A stretch of DNA of 62,245 nt, the filler included, from Nemertoderma westbladi (taxonomy: Eukaryota > Animalia > Xenacoelomorpha), in assembly GCA_032718475.1 (NCBI GenBank). It is 3 parts of 3 records of this genome, joined end to end, with 100 filler letters (N's around TTAATTAATTAA, not from the genome) between each part and the next. Parts side by side here need not be neighbours in the genome. Positions count along the whole stretch, not along the records: positions 1 to 18,001 come from JAUCBJ010000760.1; positions 18,102 to 38,538 come from JAUCBJ010005150.1; 1 more part is not named here. One strand, written 5' to 3'. Made by a program: the position numbers and the translations under genes. Each line of letters opens with the position of its first letter. The first letter of the stretch is position 1. Shown here piece after piece: positions 10,291-22,036 of the stretch. Below the pieces are notes generated by a model, which saw nothing but the letters and a program-made list of their open reading frames with translations, did no database searches and was not told the DNA's origin.

Positions 10291-12285
10291 GGGTGGGTTG
10301 GTTTTAGCCCCGTCAACTAAATAAGTAATTGAGGGCTACAGCGCCTAGGGCACCATTGAAGACAAAGGCTTGATACGCATCTGCATTAGAGATGATACAC
10401 GCCCCGCTCTGTCTATACTGGATGCTCCTCTACCAGTGTTAGGTAACCTAACCCAGGAGGCACACTTGTTTCAGGGTGTAACAAAAGGACCCCTACAGTC
10501 GGCAGCAGGGCTGTAGGCCAGGCCATGGATAGGCGGAAGGAAAATCAACCAACGGCTAGACATGCTGACAAGGTCGGCGGAAGGTAATCAACCAACGGCG
10601 TCCTACTGCGAAGATGCTTGTAGGAGTTGCGACCACAAGCGGTTTACTCCCGCAAATGAAAGATATGAGTATGAGAACCCTCCAGGAGAAATACCGGCTC
10701 GGTCGTCGCCCGGGTCAACAAGGACCGTGTCCCTCAGTGGTACACCAGGCTGGGGTCGATAAATTGGCTACTGGAACAGAAGACAGAGAAGAAAGAAGAA
10801 CCAACCTGTTGAAATGTAAAAAGACACTAATTATTGCTACAATGAACGCACGCACGCTGAAAGCACATACCAAACAGGGTGACATGGTCACTCTGGCAAT
10901 GGAATATAACATCCAAATCATCTGCATCCAAGAACATCGGATTTGTCATGAAGAGACTGCCATGAAGTACAATGACATTGGAAATGGATGGACGTTAGTA
11001 ACAAGCACAGCAGTAAGAAGCTCGGACAATGCATCTATTGGTGGAGTAGGAATTCTGCTAAGTCCATTTGCACTTAAGACCCTAAACAACATCGAATCTA
11101 TAAATTCCAGGGTTATGATCGCAACATTTGATGGGAATCCCAAGACAACAGTAATATGTTGCTACTGTACAGTCCAACCAATGCCTCAGAGCCAGAACAA
11201 GCAGTCAAGTTTTATGAAGATCTTAATTGGATTTATAAAGGACATTCCGAAACACAATGTTTAAGTCATTGCTGGTGACCTGAATGCGCAAATTGGCCCA
11301 GAAGACATCAAGGGAACAGAAATGGGAACTTACTTTTACACCCGAAAACATTAACAAGGTTGAGAAAGCTAAGGACGATCTTAAATTGGCCTACAACATC
11401 AGCCAGGAAAAGTACATACAGGATAACATTGAAGCAATTACAACTGCTCACATACAGCAACACTCAAGACTTACCTGGCAAAATGTGAATGAGGTATCTG
11501 GTCGGAAAAGTTGTGCAAAGGGGCGCCTCAAAGCCGATAGTCCAGAAGAACGTGTTGGTAAGTTGAAAAATCACTTCAGCAACTTGCTTGGGCAGCCACC
11601 AAACATCGAGGTCAGCCCTACAAGGAAAATATATGACAAGACACTACCTATAGAAACAGGGGACTTCACACCTGCCGAACTCCAAAGAAGCATTAAAAGC
11701 ATGTCCAATAATAAAGCGAGTGGATTAGATGAAATCCCAGCGGAGGTATGGAAAACCGGAGTGCTAAACAGACCATTATTGAATGTTTGCAACCGGATGT
11801 TAAAAGGGGAAAAGCCACCACCAATTTGGACTAAAGGTCAATAAAGCCTCTCCACAAGAAAGGAGACCTCGGCATACCAACAAACTATCGTGGGATCTGT
11901 CTGCTTGTGGTAGCTGCCAAAATATACAATAAAATGATTCTATATAGGATTAGACCTCACATAGAGAAACTACTGCGTAAGAGCCAAAACGGATTTCGAC
12001 CTAATAGATCAACAATAGCTCAGATACTTGCGCTAAGGAGACTGATTGAAGGAATTAAGTCAAAGAATCTCCCCGCAGTCATGACTTTTGTGGACTTCAA
12101 GAAGGCATTCGACTCCATCCCTAGAGGTAAAATGCTTGAAATTCTAAGAGATTATAGAATACCAGAAGTAATTGTTGCAGACATTGGATTGTTATATTGT
12201 GACACAAAAGCGCAGGTACTCTCGCCAGATGGTGAAACTGCGTTTTTCTCAATCCTGGCTGGCGTACTGCAAGGTGACACCTGCA
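10291..12285 (+). mobile_element. RTE-like non-LTR retrotransposon, 5' part, degenerate (APE endonuclease and N-terminal RT)
   Basis: IATMNARTL, CIQEHR, GGVGILL, GDLNA (APE); KASGLDEIPAEVWK, QNGFRPNRST, FVDFKKAFDSI, GVLQGDT (RT). Frameshifts, an internal deletion near 11330 and 3' truncation after GVLQGDT. The 5' boundary is approximate. Confidence 0.9.
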
Positions 12286-12977
12286 AGACTAATATGTGAA
12301 GCCAGGAGTGTTATAATGCTTTAAAGGTGATAGTAGGGGGAAGCATAGGAGTATGCATTTGAACGATTCATTCCTCTGTCAACGAATCTTTGGTTTATTT
12401 ATGCATGTAAAGTCCCGTAGGCCTACTTTACAATAAATATCACAAAGGTTTTGTATGTTTGCAATGTTGTAATGTTTTGTAGCAGATAAGGTCAGTAAGT
12501 ACAGTAATTGTACAGTAATTGATACAATTTCAGAAACGGAAACAATTTCTAAACTTTTGACAGACCATGGGTGCCAAGGCTGGTTCTATTTCATCAATGA
12601 TTAGCGGACTTATTTATGTTTTTATCAAAATTCTGAAACTACCGGTACCAACAGACTGTCTGATATGTGACCTTAGATTCCTTAAACCTCAGATTATTTT
12701 TAAACTTTTGCCAGACTGCATACGTACCAAACCAAGTTTGGTTTAATTTCATAAATAAATGCCCGAGTTATTAATCAGCGATCAAATATTAGACAAATGA
12801 CAGACAACTCGCAATGGTACCCATATGCTAAGACTTCGGTCAATTTGTGGGTCGCCCCACATTTTGCATCCATATCTTGGTTGGAAATACTTAGTTGCAC
12901 TTTATTATCACTAATTATACGGAAATTACTGTTAGGTTAAGTGTAAGTAGACCATTTCGACCATAAAATTCGTACAG

Positions 12978-13040
12978 GTCCCGTACGTTACCTGGCAATG
13001 TCCCGTACTTTACCTGGCAATGTCCCATACTTTACCACAC
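12978..13040. repeat. 22-bp tandem repeat, ~3 copies
   Basis: GTCCCGTACTTTACCTGGCAAT-like unit repeated. Confidence 0.75.
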
Positions 13041-14124
13041 AAACCACGTTGTAAATAATTAGCAATGTAGCTGTCATAAATTGTAATCGGAATGTGAGTA
13101 AGCTTCATTGGCAATATCCGTTTTTATTATGTATGTGCAATTTATGTCATTTATTTATCGTCATTATTGTTTCAATAATTAGTAAAGGCAAACAATTCCG
13201 GTGTTCAGTACAATTTATGAGATACAGTACAATTTGATGTAACACAATGTCAGGCGATAAATACAGTATATCAGCAGTGCTATTCAGCTTAATGATATGT
13301 AGAAATTTTAGTTTGAGAAAACCCGGAATTGTGAGCTCAGTCTTCAATATTGGCACAGACTCACGGTTGTGAGTACTGTGAGTAATTTGTGCAGAAAGTT
13401 ATAATTGTATTTTAGGATATTTATTATATTATTTATTATACTATACGTAATATATGGTGATTATTGGAGACAACAATATTTCTTTCGACAATGTGAGGGT
13501 TTCAGTCAACAATGTCACAAATTGAGTGATTCCTTCATGACAGTAGCAATTCGTCTGATATTTATATTTTTATTTAAGCTTAATAATACAGCTTTATCCT
13601 AAACAACAACTCAACACCGTACCTGCGCACAATTCGCTAAACTTCGGAATATAGAAAAACTATTTCGTACGAATCCGTACTTTACCTTAATTAGACAAGT
13701 TTGTGTTTTCTCAAAAGTTACTGAGTCCCTCGAAAATCTTACGAAATCAAAGCTGACATTCGAAAGTTAAATCCAAGCACAATTTCGTGCACCTACGTGC
13801 TATGGATAACATTGTACGGGCAATCACAGTTCAAAATTATGTACGAATGTCCCGCACTTTACTTTGGAATATAATGAGCCAGCTTATGGAATTGTAATTT
13901 TTTAATGTTAAAAAGTGTTCATCGATAATTTGTTCACCTACAGACCAAATTTCGTAGGATTTCGTTGGACGATTACTAAAATACAGGGGGGGGGGGGGGG
14001 GGGGGGGAGGAGAATTGGCCCCCCGCCAATGCTGCTAATGGTCTAAAGACTTCAGTGCTGCTAATAGAGTTATTAGCTATATTATTTTGTACTCGCAAGA
14101 GGGCTGTCTCCGTTGAATGAATTT

Positions 14125-14167
14125 AGCCGCTGATGAGACCCAGTAAGGTCGAAACGCTTGAGTGGTT
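14125..14167 (+). ncRNA. Hammerhead ribozyme core motif, probably degenerate
   Basis: CTGATGA (14130-14136), stem II GACC-cagtaa-GGTC, then GAAAC. Stem I AGCCG/TGGTT is possible with G-U pairs, but the cleavage triplet reads GAG rather than NUH. Confidence 0.5.
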
Positions 14168-15548
14168 TTGAGAGATACAAGATTTGAATTTCATTATAAA
14201 ATTTACGCTATTCCTAATTTTGTACACTGAATTATAATTAATGCATCCAAACATGTGGATAAAATTTTGTACTGTACAGACATAATATAAATTTTTTTAT
14301 AATTTTAAAAAGTTTTTTTTGTAAAAGAAATAGTTATAAAAGGCACAATAAAATAAATTAATCGGTCTTATCCGGGTCTATCTTGATTCTTGATCTTGAG
14401 ATTTGTACACAACCCGGTTAAAAAGTGCGCATATGAAGGGATTAGTCCTACAATTGGGTCAATAAAAGATAAGTTATTTTCGGTAAAATAAACTTTGAAG
14501 CGAACTGGGGAAGTATTTATTTTTGGAATAATATGTAGCCCCACCTAGCGTCGGTCTATTAAATTTATCGCATCTATAAGACATTGTCAGATTTATTCAG
14601 CAAAAAGTGCCGACAATGATAAATGAATATCAACATTCCAGATGGGGGGGGGGGGGGGGGGAACTTTCGTCGCATTAAAATCCATCCCTTAATACTACAA
14701 TATACTGTCATATAATTGTTAATATATTGTTAATATATATATATATTGTATATATTGTAATAATAATACTTGTTATTTTTAATTTTGTGTTAAATTCGTT
14801 TTTATTTGATTTTAAGTCTAATTAAAAGTTCCAGTTCCCTCTACACGGGAAAATCGACGCAAATTACAGCTGATTTCTCAGTAGATATAAACTGTAAACT
14901 GTTATATTGACTTTAGTTTATTGTTTTGGTTAGAATAACCTGCTCCTTTCCCCAAATTGGTAATTTAACATTGAGGCGGGATATTAATTCGCCGATATTG
15001 GATTTGCAACCCCCCCCCCCCCCCCCCCTGGGTGGGGTGTGAATATAATTCCTACATCCTGCCGCTGCGATTAGCTATAATAAATATAGTCTGACTTACT
15101 AAATATAGTCTGACTTTTTTCGGATGGCGATTTTTTTCTCTTTATTGTATCTGTTTTTTTTCTTCAGTACAATCATTCGTGTTGTCCTGATTAGTGGCCA
15201 TTCGAGGAGCGATTACTTTTCAACGAAGTCCCACTAGTGCGAGTGTCGCTATTTGAATATATATAATAATACTAACGACGATAAAACTAATTTGGGAACC
15301 AATTTTTTAGCTAAGTATCTCGAGCTATTTATCTCATAATTAAATTACTTAAAATTATAACTTATAATAAATTCAAATAGGAATATTATCACTAAGTTAC
15401 TAGTGTTACTGACTTCGCCCTGCCATTACTTGGTCTCCTTCTCCCTCCGAAGGAACTATTAAATTATTTTAAGTCTCTAGTTCAGCTAAAATTATGTAAA
15501 ACAACTTTACTTAGTCTGATCGAATACCAAAACTAGATAGAAGAATAA

Positions 15549-17009
15549 TTACAACATTATAGTTTGATCTGCAGGGCCAGTCGGTTGGGAATGTGGTTGG
15601 GATTCCCGAGAGTTGGAACTCCGTCTGTTCGAACTCGGAGTTCGGCCGCTCAGTCGCGATTCTATGAGCGACGAAACCGACAGGAAACAGTCGGAGGGGT
15701 TACAGAAACCCGCGGTAACGAACCGACTGCAGAGACTCGGGATCAACGAGTTTACCAGGAATAACAAACTCGCGTCGATAACAGCCTGTTGGTCGTCGGG
15801 GACGCGGTTGGAGAGAATATCGTCGGTTATGGCGCCGATTACCGACGGCAGAGAATCGGCGAGGAGATTAAATGTCACCGAGTCGACCAACTGCAGACCG
15901 TCGGAGGTAAATGTCGCGACCGATTTGGACACCGAGAGGATCCCGGGAGGGAGTTTCAACCGAGTCGGACTGAGTCGGAAGAATTCCGAGATGCCGAAGT
16001 CGACGAGTTCCGAGGTGCACGTCTCCATGGCTACGGGGGTATCGAACACGGAGGGCCGCCAGTTCTCGGCGGCGAGTCGCGAGCGGACCCCGCGGGTCAG
16101 CTGGTCGCGGTAGCGGGCCAGCGAGTCGGCGATGTGGGGGGCGAGGAGCGCAGCGAGCGAGGAACCGAGATCGAGGCCCACGAACGTGTCAGCGAACGAG
16201 CGAACTATACCGACGCAACGCGCCGTCGTCGCCAAGTCGCAACGACCGCCCAAAGCGGCACGAGCGAAGCGAGCAATGAACTCGCCCAACTCGTCGGTGC
16301 ACCAAACGTAGAAGGCCGCGTTCGCAGAAACATCATCGAGGAATAAACGCTTATAATTAGATAACGAGTCGGCGAGAAACGTAAAGAAAACCCGAGAGAG
16401 TTTCCGGGAGTAATCCTGGGGGTCGGAGGATTCGTGTCGGATGAGTCGCAGGGAGTGGCGGACGGAGCGGGAGTGGGAGCGGAGGAGCAGCTGGGCGGCC
16501 AGGGCCCCCCTCCGGAGGCCGAGCATAGCGAGGACCGCGGGGAACCCGGCACGAGGTCCCCCGCGGGTCCCCACCCCGTCGCGCAGCAACCCCACCAGCT
16601 GGTCCCGTCGCGCCGCGACCGACCGCTCGATCGCGTTGCGGCCCCGACTGTCCGGGATCTCCCGGACGTATCCGTCCGCGGCCTCGACGAGGGCCACCGC
16701 GTGGGCGGTGTCGCGCTGGGCGATGGCCACGTCGAGCCGCTCCGGCAGCTCCCGGATCCAGTCGCCCTCCAGCGGGTCCGCGATGCACTCGAGACTCTGT
16801 TTGTACTCTTTGTCGTCGGAGTCCAACGCGAAGGGGTTGGTGTCGACGAGGTCCGGGTCGATGGACGCCTCCCGCGCGAACGGTACCACGCTCTCCCGTC
16901 GCACTCGCACCACCAGCGCTCGCTTACTCTGCTCTATAGACTCCCGCCAGACCTTCTTGTTGGCGTTGTTAGCGGCCTGGAATAGGTGAGTGGAGGGATA
17001 GTCCATAAC
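15549..17009 (-). CDS. EXOC8: Exocyst complex component 8 (Exo84), last exon (end of PH domain and helical C-terminal domain)
   Basis: Acceptor ...TATTCCCCAAG|GTT ATG GAC; phase-0 join gives FAFK|VMDYPSTHLFQA...KKVWRESIE. WIRELPERLDVAIAQRD..AVALV resembles Exo84. Confidence 0.9.
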   Translation of the reverse strand, partial: VMDYPSTHLFQAANNANKKVWRESIEQSKRALVVRVRRESVVPFAREASIDPDLVDTNPFALDSDDKEYKQSLECIADPLEGDWIRELPERLDVAIAQRDTAHAVALVEAADGYVREIPDSRGRNAIERSVAARRDQLVGLLRDGVGTRGGPRAGFPAVLAMLGLRRGALAAQLLLRSHSRSVRHSLRLIRHESSDPQDYSRKLSRVFFTFLADSLSNYKRLFLDDVSANAAFYVWCTDELGEFIARFARAALGGRCDLATTARCVGIVRSFADTFVGLDLGSSLAALLAPHIADSLARYRDQLTRGVRSRLAAENWRPSVFDTPVAMETCTSELVDFGISEFFRLSPTRLKLPPGILSVSKSVATFTSDGLQLVDSVTFNLLADSLPSVIGAITDDILSNRVPDDQQAVIDASLLFLVNSLIPSLCSRFVTAGFCNPSDCFLSVSSLIESRLSGRTPSSNRRSSNSRESQPHSQPTGPADQTIML

Positions 17010-17072
17010 CTTGGGGAATAAATAACATTAATTCGGTTTATTTTTATACGAATTTAATTAATTTATTATGTC

Positions 17073-17335
17073 GGATTTCCCAGTTGGTTAGAGCGGAGGT
17101 CTACCAACCGGAAGGTCGTGGGTTCGAACCCCATAAAAGGAACAGCCCAGTTTTCGTTAAACTGTAAACTCTAAGGAACCAACTTCAACCAACTCCGCTG
17201 TAATGGGAACCGCTGTAATGCTGATATGCGGGGGTATTACTGAACCTTGGGGGAGTTAGTGTGTCGCCCTTAGTGCCTTATAGGTAACAGCCAAGAGAGA
17301 GGAGACTTCGGGTGGCCTCCGAAGGTTCGTGTTTT
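17073..17335 (+). mobile_element. tRNA-derived SINE in the EXOC8 intron (antisense to the gene)
   Basis: A-box-like CAGTTGGTTAGAGC, B-box GGTTCGAACCC (17121), no acceptor-stem closure, non-tRNA body with GCTGTAATGGGAACC. Confidence 0.7.
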
Positions 17336-17396
17336 AAATTTTAAAGTTTTCTCTCTCTGATACTATAAATATATTAATAAATAATAAATCAATAAC

Positions 17397-18001
17397 CTTG
17401 AAGGCGAATTCCCTGTCCTTAACGTTGATGAAGCAGAGATTCTCTAGGGAGTAGCAGGTCTGTAAGGAGTAGGCGGGTTCGTGGTGGCCCGGGAGTTTAG
17501 TCGCTACTAGCAACAGGTCGGACAGCAACACAACGTGGACCAATCGGATCTCCTGCATGGAGTCCTGGTCCAACTCTACCAGATCGTCTTTGTGTACGAG
17601 CGACCGGGGGAAGCCGGGCTCCGGTAGACGGCCGCTCCCCTCCATGTCCCGCATTACCTCCGCCAACTCCCGCTGTCTGCCGACCTCCTCGGCGGTGGCG
17701 GCTCGGACCCGGTCGGACTCCCTCGCCACGCTCGGCCCTGTCTCCTTGCTCGCCTCCATTAGCGACACCATGAGCCCCCGCTGGTCCATCAGCAGCCCCT
17801 GGACGGTGTCCAACTCGCCCTTGAGTTGGTCCACGGTCCGCGCCGAGTTGATAAACAACTCGTAGTGACGGAACACGTTCAGTTTCAGTTCCGACGAGGT
17901 TTGCTCCCCCAGGGAGAGGATCTTCTGTCGCGCGTGGAGCAGGTCGCGCTCGCCGTCGCTGTTAGCGGCGAGACGGCGGGTGTACGACGTGGCGTCGTAG
18001 C
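17397..18001 (-). CDS. EXOC8: Exocyst complex component 8 (Exo84), upstream exon (start codon lost in the gap)
   Basis: YDATSYTRRLAANSDGERDLLHARQKILSLGEQTSSELKLNVFRHYELFINSAR matches the EXOC8 N-terminal motif (SDGDRDL...LKRNVYQNYRQFIETA in vertebrates), followed by a PH domain (LVHKDDLVEL...VHVVLLSDLLLVAT). Donor AAG|GTTATT at 17397/17396. Confidence 0.9.
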
Positions 18002-18101
18002 NNNNNNNNNNNNNNNNNNNNNNNNNNNNNNNNNNNNNNNNNNNNTTAATTAATTAANNNNNNNNNNNNNNNNNNNNNNNNNNNNNNNNNNNNNNNNNNN
18101 N
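18002..18101. other. Assembly gap with artificial six-frame-stop linker
   Basis: N44 + TTAATTAATTAA + N44. Confidence 0.97.
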
Positions 18102-18854
18102 TGTTTGAATAAACATTTTTTAACCTTTCAAACATGGCTCGCCCCACAGTACAATTATTAACTTATATATTTCTACGTTATGGAAATTGTGTCGAAATGA
18201 CGTCTGAATTTAAACATAATATTTAGTTATTAGTAACGTTAAAACAAACAAAGTAATGTTTGAATTAATATTATAAGGGAATTCTGTAAGTCGGTATTGG
18301 GTTGATATATATGTATAATTATGTCTATAGTGTTTAAACCTCTTCAGACTGCCCAGGATTTAAATTTTCATACTATTTGATATCTTATCTTATTTATCAC
18401 GTTTTTAGTACATTAAGTGGCGAGATAAGTAGGAAAATATGATCAAATATATGGGATATATGATATCTAAAAGACATGTTAATACTTATAATTCTCAGAA
18501 GTTCTAGTTGTTTAAATATTATGCCTTAATGTTTAAACAGGTTCAGACTTTGGGGAATTTACATTTTGCATACAATTTCTTACCTTAAGTTTCTACTAAA
18601 ATAACAAATGGCAATATAAATATAGAAATATGGTCAAAATATGAACATCTCAACCCCAATTTATATAAGTATATGAAATGGGTTTCATCAACTTTATATC
18701 AATTTATTTGATCCTATTGAAGTAATGAATGGTGACATGCATGATTGTCTCCCTCGAATATTTAGAAATTCCTTCCAACTTTAAACGTCAATCATATCCA
18801 CCTCCCACAGATTTAATATAAATAAACACAAAACCAACCCGTCAACAATACGAA

Positions 18855-19117
18855 CATACATTAGTGATACCTTGGACTAGTTACAAAACTTTTGGTGATC
18901 GCATGTTCTCAGCCGCTGCACCAAAAATATTTAACGGACTCCCACCCAATATTCGCACTGCTGCCACCCTGAGCTCATTTAAATCGCTGCTAAAGTCTCA
19001 TTTATACCGATTAGCCTTTCCCTCAACAACACCTTAACTCATTATTTGTTATGCGCATTTGACATATAATTACTGTAGAAATTGCGCTTTAGTTAAATAT
19101 AACATTATTATTATTAT
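18855..19117 (+). mobile_element. 3' end fragment of an L2/CR1-group LINE
   Basis: LVIPWTSYKTFGDRMFSAAAPKIFNGLPPNIRTAATLSSFKSLLKSHLYRLAF is a typical L2/Crack ORF2 C-terminus; 3' GCGCA...TGCGC stem-loop and (TAT)n tail. Confidence 0.85.
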
Positions 19118-20057
19118 AACGAACCTGCCTATTAATAGGCCAGGGTAGTTCTTGTCAAGAGTTGAGCCGTTCAAAAACACGATGTGGTTGTGTGTGTGTG
19201 TGTATGTATAACCATCCAATATCTCAAAAACTCAATCAGGTACGCAAAAATTTTAATAACAAACTCTACATAAATTTTGGTTGCGCACAAGACTGTATAT
19301 TTTTTGTGGCGTTTCGATCACGGGGTCACTGAAAAATAGCGGTTTTGAAAATTTAAAGTCGAATTTCACCGATTTCAACTCGTCGAGTATGCACCAACTT
19401 TTTTATTTGGGCTATTCAGTCATTTGAGCAACATATTTGAGCCTCAGAATCTTTTCAAATATCGCCAATCTCGCACAGAACGTCGCCAAAATTTGTTAGT
19501 CCGGCAAAAAAAACGCACAAATTCGTCTAAAAGAGTAAATTATTTGGTTGCAGAATAATATGATTCAACTAGAAAAGCCAGCCAGCTGGCTATAAGGAGA
19601 CCGTCCATATAGACAAACGTAGTGTTAGTTGGGTCCCTCATCATTCATTATCATCAACCTATAAACCATTTAAACGGCCCAGTGCTTACAATTCAATTAC
19701 CTGGCCTCCCATCTAACATAGCAGTGAGTAACCTTATAGATTATTGTCATAGGATTCACTGGGAAGAGCTATTCATCTGGTGGGGTAATACATTATACAA
19801 ACTTACAGTTGATGTTTGATTACTGTCTGGGTTAGAGTGAGATAGTAATAAATTTGGCAAGTAATATACTTCTCTGCAGTTTGGGCTATCCATTCAATAA
19901 ATAGTAGTAGCTTACTAGGCCCACATGAGTACCAGCAACTGGTGTTTCTATCGTTGAGTTGATGGCAATTTTCGTGTTTCCATTTTTGCTCACTCAGGGT
20001 ACTGCGGTACTGGTTTGAGGGGCAGGTTCGTTTAAAGCCAGCTTGCTGGCTTTCTAG
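19118..20057 (+). mobile_element. Non-autonomous Helitron/HINE-type element (family 2), containing an opposite-strand 3' end of a related family at 19569
   Basis: 5' AACGAACCTGCC (19118) is inverted as GGCAGGTTCGTT (20021), followed by hairpin AAAGCCAGC-TT-GCTGGCTTT and CTAG|T. (GT)n microsatellite near the 5' end. Minus-strand hairpin+TTTTCTAG end at 19569-19605. Confidence 0.7.
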
Positions 20058-21827
20058 TAATAATAATAATAATTTTAAAATAAATCCCGGCTTTTAATTC
20101 GACAAAATAGATATCAGTTTTAAAATTCTTCCCAGTTTAATTCTACGAAACATTTTGGACAGTATTCTTCTAACAGAGTTAGTGTTTTTGCGTCTCTATA
20201 TTTGCCGACGCAGGCGGGGGCATCCAATGATCGAAATATATTTTAAAACAAATCGGTATCGCAGGTGCTGTGTCCTGAGGTGTATCATAGATTACGGGAT
20301 TAGACTGTAATAAAGTTAAATATAGATTAAGGTTGATGGGAGGGCGGAGCCATTAGTGGAAGTGCATTCTAAGGGAGCTACTGGCAGACTGGTGGTAGGC
20401 CTACCGGTGAACTTTAATTAGAACAAAAATTAGAATTAAAAGATATAAGAATAGTATCCATTGCAATGTTTTGAACCATAACAGAACCTGTTATGGTGTA
20501 AACAGTAGGCCTACAGCGCTTTGGTTTCTACGGTGGCTGATATGGGCCAATTGATTTTATTATTTTCGTCTCTACGAATTCTAAATAATTTAATTATTTT
20601 TTTTTTCATTTTTCATCTCTCAAACTCTAAATAATTTCTTTTCAAAGCCAGGTCATTCCACTATTACTGTATTATGTTTTACATATAGTGTGTAGGCTTA
20701 CTGAACAAGAACTGAGCTTAATGAGCAAGGACTACTGCTACTGACTGACTGATATACTGAAGTACTGCAAGGAACGGGTGCTTAGATCGTGGCTTTTCCC
20801 GTTAACAAGTATCAAGTATAGTAATTTCTTTTCCATTTTCCTTAATTCCATTTTGTATAAAACAAGTGATGTGGTTGGAGAAACCTGCTAGGGCTGCGGT
20901 GTATACTGTACTTATACAATACAGCAAATTCTCATTGAAGTATTGCCATGTAGTAATAATCAATCTGTCAATGTTGTCGGCAGTGGTTGCCGGTTGTCGG
21001 CGTAGTGTTTACACCCGTTGCCCGTGCAAACTCTACATCCTATCAGCCTATCCATTCAATTGGTCAAAGGTTTGTCTGTAGCATTCCCGACACGCAAGTA
21101 GCTGAGTAGCAAAAAGGACAGTGCTGCTGGCAGGCTGGACAGCGTGGAAATGGTTTGGTTTCGCTGTCGGTTATCCTTTTATCAATTTTTTGTTTGTGCT
21201 CGATAATACAGAGGTTGTTGTGTACTTCTTATCGCATAAATTGCACTCCACTACTTTTTTAATCGTCTCATTCTCAGATTCTGCTACCATGAGAATGAAT
21301 AAGTTAAAGAATAAGTTAAAGTATTGAATTAACAAAGAGTAGTGTCTACATCATTGTCCAGAATAGGGTGTTTCCATTCACTTCTTTGGGGGCTTTCTAT
21401 TATTTCTACCTGTCCCCCAAATACGTTGTGTAATGATTTCCAAACCTGTCCAATATAGGGGCATCCAATCAAATCATCATCATATGAGCCAATTGCTCAT
21501 CATCGGACCAATACCAACATTCCTAAAGTTAGGCATCTCCCTTATTGGCTATATAATGTAAAGGTTAATGGAAAATTCCACTGATATATAATCCAAGGGT
21601 CAACTACGAATCCGGGGATCATTATAACAACCTATACTGGACAGAGCAACATGTTTGGGACAAGAGATGGTTGAGGTATATGTACAGTGGAAATTCCCAT
21701 TCTAACTAAGGGCATTTGGAATATATGTTCCATAGTTATGGTTGAAGATATACTGTGGATGCCTTTCAAATGGCTTGTAAGACTGTAATGCATTATAGGC
21801 TATAGTGTCATCATAGTCACATTTCAT

Positions 21828-21922
21828 TTCATGTTGTGCAATTTATTCATGTTGTGCAATTTATTCATGTTGTGCAGTTTATTCATGTTGTGCAATTTAT
21901 TCATGTGGTGCAATTTATTCAT
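21828..21922. repeat. 18-bp tandem repeat, ~5 copies
   Basis: TTCATGTTGTGCAATTTA repeated. Confidence 0.9.
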
Positions 21923-22036
21923 TTGTAATAAATCTAAATACATTCGTATAATAATAATTAAATGACAATCAAATTAGTGATATCGACCCCCCCCCCCCCC
22001 CCCCCCCAGACTCAACTTCATCCCAAATAGTCCTTA

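Noticed and set aside
10291-10620. HDV-like ribozyme in the RTE 5' UTR
   Set aside because: Hairpins are present, but I could not build the nested double pseudoknot by eye; needs a motif search.
17073-17140. Functional tRNA genes here and at 37193-37265
   Set aside because: No acceptor stem or poly-T terminator; both continue into SINE bodies.
15564-18053. Multiple overlapping ORFs across EXOC8
   Set aside because: By-products of GC-rich codon usage; only the EXOC8 frame has recognisable homology.
18046-18057. TTAATTAATTAA palindrome within N runs (also 38583-38594)
   Set aside because: Artificial contig linker.
21340-21810. Possible decayed transposase (Merlin-like) coding remnant
   Set aside because: Too many stops and no catalytic motif recoverable.
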